In this document: piece after piece, positions 22,732 to 34,024 of the stretch
Numbering within the stretch: position 1 is the first letter of the stretch
Layout: each line of letters opens with the position of its first letter
Assembly: GCA_965603825.1 (NCBI GenBank)
Contig: CBFDEM010000060.1
Span: forward strand, 62,001-126,000
Origin: Blepharisma stoltei ATCC 30299
Taxonomy: Eukaryota > Protista > Ciliophora
Length of the DNA stretch: 64,000 nt
Direction: 5' to 3'
Translations under genes and position numbers: made by a program
Notes under the pieces: generated by a model
Seen by the model: the letters and a program-made list of their open reading frames with translations, nothing else
Told to the model about the DNA's origin: nothing
Databases searched by the model: none

Positions 22732-24543
22732 ATGGAAAATTCAGTCCGTAGACTTTCACTTATCAGCAACCATCTAGGACAGCACATTCCAAAGTACACA
22801 TGGTTCAAACCTGATGGCTGGGTAGGCTTTATTTAGGGATTTACAGACACAAAATTTTTCTTAAACAAGCAAAATCAAGTTTACCTTGGTGGAAATCGCT
22901 ATTTGGATTCAGGCAAAATTTTACCATCATTTGCACAATTTTTCCAAGATCAAGGATTAGAATTTGCTAATAAGTCTACAATACAGAAATCAATACCAGT
23001 TGACCCACCTGTAAGGAATCAGGACTTTTTGGATAGGATAAAGCAGTTTTCATTCTATGTGACTGAAGAGGATCAAGACCGTGCTTTTCACTCGCATGGA
23101 CACACATTACAAGAAATGTTTATTGTAAAGTTCGGAAAATTTGATAGAACAGTCGATCTTGTGGTTTATCCAGAAACTGAAGAGCATGTGGGAAACATCG
23201 TTAAACTCGCTAACGAGCTAAACGTTGTATTAGTCCCTTATGGAGGTGGAACAAATGTAACCCATGCTCTCCAGCTTGATCCCAACGAAAAAAGAACTAT
23301 CTGCTCAGTAGATCTTAGCAAGCTCAGCAAAGTCAAAGAAGTAAACAAAGAAAGCATGACTGCTGTAGTAGAGGCTGGAATTGCAGGAAAAGACTTAGAA
23401 AAAGAACTACTTAAGCATGGAGTTTGCTGTGGCCACGAGCCTGATTCAGTTGAATTTTCTACACTAGGCGGCTGGATCAGCACAAATGCATCAGGGATGA
23501 AGAAAAATATTTATGGAAATATTGACGACATTGTACTTACTATAAGAATAGTAACACCTTTAGGAACTTGGGAAAAGCCATGCAACGCTCCAAGAATGTC
23601 AACAGGACCTGACGTAAACCGAGTTTTAATCGGAAGTGAAGGCTTATTTGGGGTAATTTTTATCTAGATCATCACAAGTGCCACAATTAAAGTCAAACCT
23701 CTCCCAGCACACAAAGCATATGACTCCTATGTTTTCCCAAATTTTGAATTAGGCACAAAATTCATGAAGTTCTTAGGAGTAAACAACATCCGTCCAGCCA
23801 GTGTTCGGCTTGTTGACAATATGCAATTTCAGTTCGCCTTGTCCTTAAAACCAGCTGAGCACTCTATATTTAAGCATTTTATGGACAGAGTCAAAAAATT
23901 TTATTTATTAACTATAAAAGGATTTGACCCAAAACAAATATGCGCTTGCACACTGGTCTACGAAGGTAATAAAGAAGTGGTCGATTTGCAGCAGCATCAA
24001 ATAGACGAAGTCGCTAGAAATTTCAAAGGACTTCGTGGAGGCCCTGAAAACGGCCTCAGAGGGTATTTTTTGACCTATATGATTGCTTATCTTAGAGATT
24101 TTGGGATGGAGTATGACCTAGTCGCTGAGTCCTTTGAGACTGCTATATCTTGGGACAAATTAGATAATCTCCTTAAATCCTTGCCTGTAAAAATTATATA
24201 GAAATGCATAGAAGCTGCATGTGCTGCCAGAGGGGTTAAAAAAAGACCATTTGTGTCATCAAGAATTACACAAGTTTATGACACGGGGGCTTGCGTTTAC
24301 GTTTATTTTGGATTTTTCCATACAGGAGTCCCTGATCCAGTTAAAGTTTATTGTGAAGTTGAAGATGAGGCTAGAGAAGAAATTTTACGATGTGGAGGGT
24401 CATTAAGTCACCATCATGGAGTGGGGAAATTAAGGAAAAAATTCATGAATAAATGTGTGGGAGAGCCTGCACTTTCGATTTTGAGAGGCGTAAAGAAAGA
24501 AGTCGACCCTAAAAATATTTTTGCAAATGGGAACTTAATTTAA
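22732..24543 (+). CDS. AGPS: Alkyl-dihydroxyacetonephosphate synthase (peroxisomal FAD enzyme); introns 22822-22836, 23653-23667 and 24187-24201
   Basis: PYGGGTNV, GHEPDSVEFSTLGGW, SGMKKNIYGNI, SHHHGVGK and VDPKNIF motifs. N-terminal PTS2-like RLSLISNHL. Three 15-nt introns keep the frame. Confidence 0.93.
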
Positions 24544-25502
24544 GGTTGAAGTAGCTTATTTATAAAAAATCTTATGTCATTAGCTTCTCTTAAATTTCCA
24601 CTTTCTTCTAAATGCTGTGCATGTGATAAGTACGGAACATGGAAATTTGGGGAAATTTCAAAAATTTTTTTATAATCTTGTTTCGCAAGATCTGGCCTAT
24701 TTATTTTCTCATATGATTCCGCTCGAAGGATATAAATCGCGGGATCAATTTTTTGGTACTGCAGCCTTTCTAAACAAAGCGTAAAATGCAATATTGCTTC
24801 ACGATGCTCCCCTAATGACGAAAAACACCTAGCAAGCTCATAATGGCCATCTGCATTATCAACGAGAGTTAAAAAATGCCTGAAAATTCCTATAGCTTCA
24901 TTAAATCGATTTTTCGCTTGATATACCATTGCTAATGAAAAATAAGCATAAGGAGAGTGAATTTGCATAGAAATGCTGCTTAATAAGTGTCCTTCAGAAA
25001 TTTCATAGTCTTCTAGTAGCCTTCTAGACTCCCCAGCTAAATAAAATAAATCAGAGTGAAGGTATTTTTGTCGGATCAGATTTTCACATAGTTCTGTAGC
25101 TTTTAAATAATCTCCTTTAGAAATTAAAAATTTGGCTTTTGATATAGTATCATGTATTAGCGATGTATTTTGCCTATTTAACAGCTGATTGCCTCTGCTA
25201 AATATTTTTTACGATTTTCGTTTGCAGTTATCGTGATAACTTTCAGATTTCTCAAGACTTTTCAGATAGGAAGGAAGCCTTAGAGCTAGTTTAACTGCTT
25301 TTTCAGGGATGGGGCTGTCTTCTACTTGGATATCATGAGGAGATTTATTAGGGAGAATAGAGATGCTTTCTTCTTGGATATCATGAGGAGGTCTAAAAGA
25401 AGGATTTGGGGCTTCTTCTACTTGGATATCATGAGGAGATTTCAAAGGGGAATCTGGGCGATTTTCTTCGATACGAGAATGCTCAAATGATGGAGTAAAC
25501 AT
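24540..25502 (-). CDS. TPR-repeat protein with three N-terminal 16-aa PHDIQ repeats; intron 25198-25212
   Basis: Intron GTAAAAAATATTTAG joins ORFs 25209 and 24540 in frame. TPR-like helices follow. Confidence 0.8.
25325..25438. repeat. Coding minisatellite, 48-bp period, three copies
   Basis: CTTGGATATCATGAGGAG occurs at 25325, 25373 and 25421. Confidence 0.9.
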
Positions 25503-26033
25503 TTTATTATTTTTGTTTGTTTAAACAATTTAAGCGAATACTGATAAAATTTTTTAAAAATTGCAACTATTTAAATTTTTATGATTTTTAAAAATTAGCA
25601 TTATTATCTACCAGATTCTGTTAAAAGTTCTTAATTATGCACTTGCCTTTAACTTAGAAATTTTGTTAATTAACAGTCAAGAGAATAGCTGGTCTTTACA
25701 TTCAGTTTAATTAGTTTAACTATTAACTTTATTAGCTTTTTTAATATTAAATCTAAATTTTCCCATATTTCTAACATTTATTAAACGCCAATAAAATATC
25801 AAGCGATATACTCTCTTATGCATGGAAAATCAAAAGTATTTTCGTCCTTTAATAAGCACTTATTTCATCTAAAAATATCCATTTTAACATTACTTAATCC
25901 ATCCCATATACCGTCATGACTCATAAAATGCCATAAAATAAGTTTAGCCTTCTTTTGATTAAAAAACGTATATCTAGCCTTCTCACTGCACTAAATCTGG
26001 TCCTTTTTATGTCTAATTTAAATATTTTTTGAT

Positions 26034-27041
26034 ATGGAGAATAAACAATCCTATACCAAGGCTTCATTTAGCGTAAAAAGACGAAAAGAGTCCAACCATT
26101 TCGATGAGCCCAGCGATAGCGTTTATGCTCCACGCTCACCCTCAAACAGTCAGAGCAAAAGAAACCCTATGGAAACCCGAACCCGAAGCCTCGCCGAAGT
26201 AAGGGGTCTTCCTAAAGTAAAAACCCCGACAAAAAATGTGAAAAATAACAAGCCAACAATTTCTTGAAGAAACGACAATAAACAGCTTGACATTTCAATA
26301 GAAGCAGCTGGGAAACCAATTATTTCCCCCAGAAATAAGTTTAAAAAAGCCTTTAAACAAAACAGTCCATATAAAGCCAATTATTCCATGCAGGAAATAC
26401 CGGACTTAAATGAAAGCGAAGTGTTTTCTGATGTGAAGTCCATGAAAACAGAAATTGATAGGCTAAACAATACTATTGAAGCTATGAAAGGGTTTTACAA
26501 GGAAGAGGAAAGGTCTTTGCATAAGCAAATAACAGCTTTGCAAAAAGAGCTAGATTGACTAAAAAAGGAGTATAGTAAAACTGTCGAATATTTAGCCTGT
26601 GTTATTGGAAAGCACATGGATAAAGAAACTCCGCAAATAATAAATGACGAAATAATAGAGACTTTAAAAGAAAAACAAGAAGCTTTGAAGCTTAATTTAG
26701 AGGCTGCAATAAATTCAGTCTCTTCATTTAAGGCTAATGACAAGCTAAAGCTTGATATTCTGAACGTCCCCAACAATTTTGAAAATCATCCAAACCTGCC
26801 AAGCACAGGGCGATTTCAAGGTGTCGCAATGAGGTTCAGCGAGTCTGAGTCCGAAACAGAAAATTCCCCAAAGATCGAATGCATTGCTTTATACGATTTT
26901 TATGCAAGAGATCCTGGACATTTAGAGTTTAAAGCAGGAGACAGAATTATAGTAAAATCAAAATTGGATGATGAATGATGGATAGGGACAAATAAAGAGA
27001 AAACTGGAAAATTCCCAAGCAGCTACGTTATGCTAGATTAG
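26034..27041 (+). CDS. Coiled-coil plus C-terminal SH3 protein, 335 aa
   Basis: ALYDF...LEFKAGDRI...E-W(TGA)-W-IG...GKFPSSYV. Single frame with three TGA. Confidence 0.9.
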
Positions 27042-27423
27042 CAGATTTAAATCTCTAAATTAATTTTTAAATCAGTAGTAGAAGTATGATTATTTTTCTT
27101 GTATGAATCAAAATATTTCGCAATTTTTATAATTTGCTTTATTTTAATGCATTGTGCGCTAAAAATAATTAATTATGTGTGAATCAAAAATACTTGATAA
27201 ATAGAGTTTTTAAAAATTTAGATATTAAACTTTAGATCAATAATAGCAATTAAGCAAAGCAAATAAATAAATTATCTTTGTCTTATATGTGTAATATTTT
27301 AAGTTTTGGGCAAATTAAAGGAAATTTAATTAATTTGTCTACAATACTAAATGATATCATCTTCATAATAAAAAATATTTTAAGCTTATTTCAGACTGTT
27401 CATAGGTTTTAAGCTAAGTTTAG

Positions 27424-27550
27424 TTACGGTGAGTAATGGTAGTCCCTGCCTCCAGCAGTACCATTCTGAAGTAGAAGTTGTGGAGTGGTAGAAACTCTTC
27501 AATGGCTTTCGCATTAGCATTTAGCTGGCTGAAAGACCATCTTATAGTAG
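27424..27550 (+). promoter_or_regulatory. Candidate structured cis-regulatory RNA (four-way junction) overlapping the putative start codon and 112-nt intron of the methyltransferase gene
   Basis: Four nested helices found by eye. G-U pairs favour the + strand. CTCCA/TGGAG loop-loop complementarity. Confidence 0.5.
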
Positions 27551-28372
27551 AGGTTTTTCTTAAGAAAATTTATTGCTAAGCGATTTTCAACAGATCTTTT
27601 TTCAGGACACTCTGATTTATACGCTAAATATCGCCCTAATTACCCTCAAGAACTTTTTGCTTATTTATCCTCTCTAACAAAATCCCATGATCTTGCATGA
27701 GATGTTGGAACAGGAAATGGCCAAGCTGCATTATCTTTAATACCATACTACTCTACAGTTATTGGAACTGATCTAAGCCAGCAGCAAATAGATATCGCCA
27801 GGTCTAAAAATTCTCCAATTATCTTTGAAGCGCTCCCAGCAGAACTATCAGCAGAAATCCTAAGCTCTCATAGCCTCCTGACATATGAAAAAATCGATTT
27901 AATTACTATAGCAACAGCATTACTTTATTTTGATTTAGATAGATTTTATGACACGGTTTATAAAGTTTTAAAACAAGATGGAGTAATCGCAGCTTGGACT
28001 TATGGAGTGCCAAATGTCGATGAAAATGTAGACCGTATCGCTAATAAAATTTACTGGGAAGTTTGCTATGAGTTTTTTGATAAAAGAAGAAAATATGTTG
28101 ATGAAAAATTCAAGACAATAGATTTCCCATTTGATGAAAATTTACCAGAACCTCCTGCTGCTGCTAAATCATTTACAAAAATTTGGAGCATTGAAGAATA
28201 TTGAGGAAATATTCATACGTGGTCAGGGGTCCAAAGAGCAAAAAAGGAACTAAATTTGGACCCTACAGAACCTTATTTTGCAGAACTCTGCAAGTACTGG
28301 CCTAGAAATGAGAAGAAACCAGTGGAGTTTCCACTTTATTTTCGTATAGGTAAAAAGAAATTGTCTTCTTAA
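27436..28372 (+). CDS. Class I SAM-dependent methyltransferase; start inferred as ATG 27436 plus intron 27439-27550
   Basis: Open frame 27551-28372 with YAKYRPNYP, A-W(TGA)-DVGTGNGQ (motif I), VIGTDLS and VLKQDGVIAAW. It has no in-frame ATG, so the start model is an inference. Confidence 0.8.
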
Positions 28373-28393
28373 TATTTGTATTATAATTATTAA

Positions 28394-28735
28394 ATGGCTT
28401 CCTCAGTCATATATTCCCTGCAAGAGTCTTTCAATATTCTAAAGGAGAAATACACAAAGGAGACTAAGAAAAGAACGAAGCTGGTTGATCTTTTTATTTC
28501 TTTCAACTTAATTTTGGCAACAATTCAGTATGTTTATATGAAAATTGCTGGAAGCTTTCCATTCAATGCATTTCTATCAGCATTTTTTTGTAGCATTGGA
28601 ACAGCAGTATTAACAGTGTGCCTGAGGATGCAAGTAGAGAATAAAAGTTCAGGGAAAACTGAAGAAAGAGCTTATGTGGAGTATATGTTCTGTTGCCTTA
28701 TATTATATTTGGTCTCATTTAATTATTTAGGCTAA
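28394..28735 (+). CDS. DAD1: Oligosaccharyltransferase subunit DAD1/OST2
   Basis: KLVDLF, IQYVY, GSFPFNAFLS, VCLRMQ, ERAYVEY and FNYLG signatures. Confidence 0.93.
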   Translation: MASSVIYSLQESFNILKEKYTKETKKRTKLVDLFISFNLILATIQYVYMKIAGSFPFNAFLSAFFCSIGTAVLTVCLRMQVENKSSGKTEERAYVEYMFCCLILYLVSFNYLG

Positions 28736-29243
28736 TACTTATTTATTTGCTAAACTTTATGCATAAAATGCCTTATGAAGCTTGAAATAAATAATTGCCT
28801 AAGCCCTTCCTTAAAATTGAATTTTAGCACTTTAAATCTAAATTTTTTTTCGATCGCATCCTGATCATTTTAATGCTTTTTAGGTTTTATGGGTTTCTAT
28901 GGAACATATTTGTTGTAAATTATATAAAATTATTATACTATTAGAGCGTAGATAAATTACAATATATAGGGAATAATATGCACTGTCCTTCTGTAATATC
29001 TCAATCACTATTAAATGAAGTGCTTAATTCTTTAACCTCAATAATGTTATTTTATTGTTTATAAATCAATTATTACTTATAAGTATAAATGCATTGGATC
29101 AAATTTCAACAATTTAATAAATTTTTAACAAAACATCATAATAAAAATCATATTGTAGCCATAAGAAATTTTTCATTTATTTAATCAATATCAGTCATTA
29201 TAGAATATTGGGCAATTTATAATTATTCCAAAACCAAATAATT

Positions 29244-31412
29244 ATGGCTAGGAAATCTTTCAGAAATTTATCAATCAATGACTCGTGCTACTATCAAGAT
29301 TCTTTCTTAGGGTTTATTGATAAATCTTACGAAAATCTATTTCTGGTAGACACAGGATCAATCTACAGTACTTCTTTTCAAGGTTTATTTGTGTGACTTA
29401 TTTTTGTCAATATTTTTTTATATGAATGCAGTGAAGGGATTAACACATATATAATTCTGGGATTTACTACATTATCACTGCTTCTGTATTTTATGAAACT
29501 TGATCGTTATATGGCTACAAGCATTTTTGGTGACATTTTATGTACAGTTTTTCAACTAAAAACCATCGAAACAGGCTCGCTAATTGAGTGTGTGGGTGCT
29601 TTTTTCCCAAGTTTTTTATTGAATATTTTAGGTATCAGAAAATGAATGGTTTTCTTTATTTTTAGTCTACTTAAGTTATGGATATTTTATTTTACAAATA
29701 ACACCCAACCCAGTGTAATGTTCTTCATTATAATTTCATATACAATTTTGAATTATTTTATTGAAAAAGAAATACGTGATTTTTGGGTGCTTTTTCATAG
29801 CTATAAAAAAGGTTTTGAGCAACATGACGATATATTTATGTACACTCCTAATGGCCTTTATATTGTTGATGAAGAAAGACATATTTTGTACCATAATATT
29901 AGAGCAGCTGAAGTTGCATTTTTTATAGGAAAAGCTGATATAAGCCGACTAGAAAAATTTGAGGACATGTTTGATGATGATCATAGAACTCACGTGAAAA
30001 GAATGGTCTTGGAAACAATTAAATGGGAAAAAAGAACTGAAGAAGTTATAATTAGAAAAAAAGATAAAGAAAATAACAGCATTGTGACTTTGCAGTTTAA
30101 TTTTGATTGCATTGATTTTAAGGGGAAAAAATGCACAAAAGTTGTATGTGCCAATATTTCTAACGCTGCTTTGCAAGATACTTTTATATCAAACTGCTAT
30201 AAAGATTCTTTAGGGTCTATTGAAAAGTTCAGCAAACATTTATTCCAAGCTTTTAAATTAAATGAAAAAGTTCATAAAGAGTTATTAACAAAAATCTATG
30301 AAATCCAGCACAGATTGAGGACTTTTTATTTAATTCAGTGCAAGCTACTGAGTAAAATTGAGATCAAGAAGGACTATTTTGACATCCAAAGAGAAATTTT
30401 TAATACAATTGAAGGGATTTTTCTGAAGGCTGCAAAAAGAGACTTGGTGATTACATTAAATTTATCCCAAAATATTCCGGATTGTTTAATTGGTGATAGA
30501 ACCCTTCATAACTACCTAGTCTACTCAGCTCTGGATTTTATTATAAAAAAATCAAAGAAAAAATCAAAAATTTCATTGTCAGCTTCCATCGATTCTTTGA
30601 AAAAATCTGAAATTATTGTAAAATACGAAATATGTTTTGCATCATCATCTATCACACAAGATGAGCTTGACTGTTTATTCCAAATAAGACAGCAAGCTTC
30701 CAGACGAAAAACATTTAACGATCTCATATTAATCCAACAAAACTATGGAAGCGAACTCCTAATGTTCGACTCTTTAGTCTGTTTATTAAGAGGCTATATC
30801 GATGCCAAAGTTACTGAAAAAATCTGTATAATAACTATAAACCTGCCAGTTATCCCTGTAGAAAGAAAATCAACAAGCAAGCTGGAATTAATCACTGGGT
30901 TTTGCACTCAAGAATCTGATAATGAATTTCGCTGAAAATTTGAAAAAAAAGAAATTGATGAGGTTATTAAAGAAGCTCCTGAAGAAGTTTCTCCTCTACA
31001 AAATGAAGTAAAAGAATGGAAAATTTTGCTTTTATGCAGCCAAAAAGATAGAGAAAAATCTATTAAAAATGCGCTGAAAAAAGGGATCACTGAAGATTTA
31101 GCATCTGTGAATAGTGCAGAGCTAGGTGCTTATTTATATGAAAAAGAAGCAAAGAAAGGGGAAAATTTTAATATAGTTTTTATTGATTTTAAAGTGCCGA
31201 AATGGGAAAATATTTTAAAAATAAAGGAAATAGAGAATGCTAATGAGTATCAGAAAAGTTTATTTTATGGGATTACTGATAGGGAGGAGTTTGAAGAAGA
31301 TGATTTTATTTCTCAGTTCGATGGAATTGGTAATTTTAATGTAGTTAAGTTCCCTATAGATATAGGGATAATAAAAAATGATTTAGGGATAAATGATAAC
31401 CAAATGATTTAA
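29244..31412 (+). CDS. Membrane sensor resembling a degenerate hybrid histidine kinase (TM, PAS-like, HATPase-like, receiver-like); probable intron 31330-31344
   Basis: One frame via three TGA. PNGLYIVD..ILYHN (PAS-like), IPDCLIGD (pre-HATPase segment) and FNIVFIDFKVP (receiver-like). Confidence 0.7.
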
Positions 31413-32511
31413 AATCAGTAATCCATCTGTGGTTTAATTAATTTCGTGCTAACTGGTAAAGTCTATATCTTATATTGCTCTTATTAGCTCTTTAATTCTT
31501 TTATTTCCCAAATCATTGCATGCTTAATTTTTTCGCAGTTTTCAGATAAATAAATGATTAATTATCGCGCATTTTCAAGAGAATTTGATGGTATTAATTT
31601 TACCAAATAAAGCATTTTGATTGAGGCAGCAAAATTAGGAACTTCCGCATTGAATTATATATTGTGATAAAGTAAATCAATATCTACAAATCAAGAAAAG
31701 AAAATTTTTAAAAAATAAATTTTCGCAAAAAAGAGAATAGGATTAGAAAGATTATTAAAGAAACTAAAATTGGCAGCTTACTCTTGGATGCTTCAACATA
31801 TTGAAAGATAGCTTAACTCACACCCAATATTAGAGTAAATTAATTTAATAAATGTAAAATTATTAGATTCTATTTATAGTATTGAGACAACTTATTATAA
31901 GTAGTAATACAAATATCGTCCACATTTTTAAAATTTTAAAATTGATAAGATGTAAGGCTAATTAATTCCAAAGATAAATTGACACAAAAATGGACTAATA
32001 TCTATTATTTTTAGATGATTGCTATAATACTATGTCCAGAAAAACCAAAATTATTTTAGAAATATAAATTTATTTGTAACTAATCAATCTAGTTATATTA
32101 AAAATGCAAATAATTTGATCATAGCAATAAATTAATTGAAGATGAAAAAGCTCTCAAAGAGCACTATATCGGACAAGCAAATTGTTATGGCCCCCGAATT
32201 AGGGTAATAATTTTAAATTCTAATTTTATAAAGATAGTCCCAAAGAAATCCCTAATCGGTTTCTTCAATTTAATATAACTTTAATTAAAATTCCCTGATT
32301 AAATATTATAAACATAAATTCTATATATAAAGTTTTCGCTTAGATATTTATCAAATAATTCCCTTTTATTATCAATTATTTCTATACATAAAATCTTAGG
32401 TTTTCATATGTAATTATAGTTTTTTTCACAGTATAATAATCCTTCTTAAAGTTATGACCTAATGTGCTTTCGACAGCATATATCATAAAATTATCCATAT
32501 ATTGATAAAAA

Positions 32512-32582
32512 TGGTTCTACTGAGAATTGAACTCAGATCTCAGGATTCAAAGTCCTACGTGCTACCACTACACCATAGAACC
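32512..32582 (-). tRNA. tRNA-Gln (UUG)
   Basis: Acceptor stem GGTTCTA/TAGAACC, D arm with TGG, anticodon arm TAGGA-CTTTGAA-TCCTG, T arm CTGAG-TTCAATT-CTCAG, followed by a TTTTT Pol III terminator. Confidence 0.95.
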
Positions 32583-32706
32583 TCAGGCATGTTTCTCTAT
32601 CTCTTTCTATTATTATTTCGAATAACTGCTTTCTCTATTCCTACCAATTATCCCGCAATATTTCTTCTTTCCTAACGAATTTAATATATATTATTTAATT
32701 ACACTA

Positions 32707-33811
32707 TTAGCCACTCCTTGGACTTATCGAATGTTTGAACGAATCCATTGGAGAGAATGGTGGCAGCACAAAAGACCTAGCTTGTGGAGATGGATTTTGT
32801 CCAAAAGCTTCATATTTTAAATAATCAGTTTTCCAATTATTGAAGCCATCAGCCAAGCCATATCCAGCTATTTCTGATTTTTGTATGTTTTCTGTAAGTT
32901 CCTGGACATTAAAGCCATCAAAATTAAAATTTGCTGTCACATCCTCACCAAAATTAAAGATTTTTTGTTGCCGGAAAGGACTACGCAAAAATGCAGTAGG
33001 TGTTATTATGCTGTGAGGGGTATTAGATTCACAATTTCCGACTGGCTCAGATATTTTTGAGGGTGAGTTTCCTTTTGAGGATTTTGATTTTTCATCACTG
33101 GATTGTTCGTATATAGAAATAAGAATATTGGGGAGATCTTCTTGAATTGGATCTATTGATATATTAGGCTTCTTTTTCATAGAATTTGGAGTTGGCTGAG
33201 GCACTGGAATCGGTTCAGTTAATTTTTCTTCCTCACTTTCCTTCTCTTCTTCTATTATTTCTTTTTTCAAACTAAGTCTTTCCGACCTTCTTAACATGGC
33301 TGGCTCTGTTTTCAATGGAATTTTAGCTATTGTATCGTGATGCGAATAAGCCATAATTACATCTAGAATTTCTTGATCCTGCAATAACTGCTTTACAGAC
33401 CCAGTAATCCTCTCATTCTGAGGTCTCTTCCTATTATGTCTCCTCAAATTTTTCCTAATTGTGCTGTAAAAATGATTTTTTATTCCATTATCAGACCTTC
33501 CAGGCAAATGTTTTGCTATCTCAGACCATCTATTTCCATACAGTTTTTGGTACTGAAAAATGATGTCTTCTTCTTCTTTGCTCCAAGTATCCTTTGAAAT
33601 TTGTGGATCTATGTGATTATGCCAGCGTTCTCTGCATTGTTTGCCTGATCTAATATAAAATTTACCTTCCTTTAATGCCATATCGCTCTTGGAGATATTG
33701 AGAAATTTGTGTCCAATGTTTTACTCCGTATTCTTCTACTAGTGCTCGTATTGCGTCATCTTCCTATGTTAAGGTTACGTCTTGAGTCCAGGCTTTACGT
33801 TCAGTTGACAT
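32707..33811 (-). CDS. Two-repeat Myb transcription factor; introns 33764-33778 and 33650-33665
   Basis: The spliced N-terminus reads [23 protein letters not shown]...[36 protein letters not shown]. Confidence 0.93.
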
Positions 33812-34024
33812 TTTTAGGAAATGTAAAAAGTTATTTAAAATATACCTGAAGCTAATACGTTACAAATTATGAATATTTGGAGAAAGTTAGATTTCTTAAG
33901 GACTTATTATTAGCATTTCTAGTTCTTATTTTAAGGTTTTTCTATTTTTGTAACTTAGTTTTATTTTTCAAAAAAATAGTTAAAATAGTATAATTAACTA
34001 AGGTAATCAAATAAATATTGATTT

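Noticed and set aside
27431-27497. Hammerhead ribozyme reading (GAGUA, stem, CUGAAG...GAAACUC)
   Set aside because: The core reads CUGAAGU rather than CUGANGA, there is an extra U before the core, and no convincing stem II forms.
27424-27560. U1 snRNA, telomerase RNA, tRNA or SAM-I/TPP riboswitch identity for the structured element
   Set aside because: I found no ACUUACCUG 5' end or U1-70K/U1A loops, no CCCUAACA-type template, no T-loop, and no SAM-I or TPP consensus nucleotides.
32512-32582. Suppressor or UGA-decoding tRNA
   Set aside because: The anticodon is TTG in a normal 5-bp stem with a Gln-type body, so this is an ordinary tRNA-Gln.
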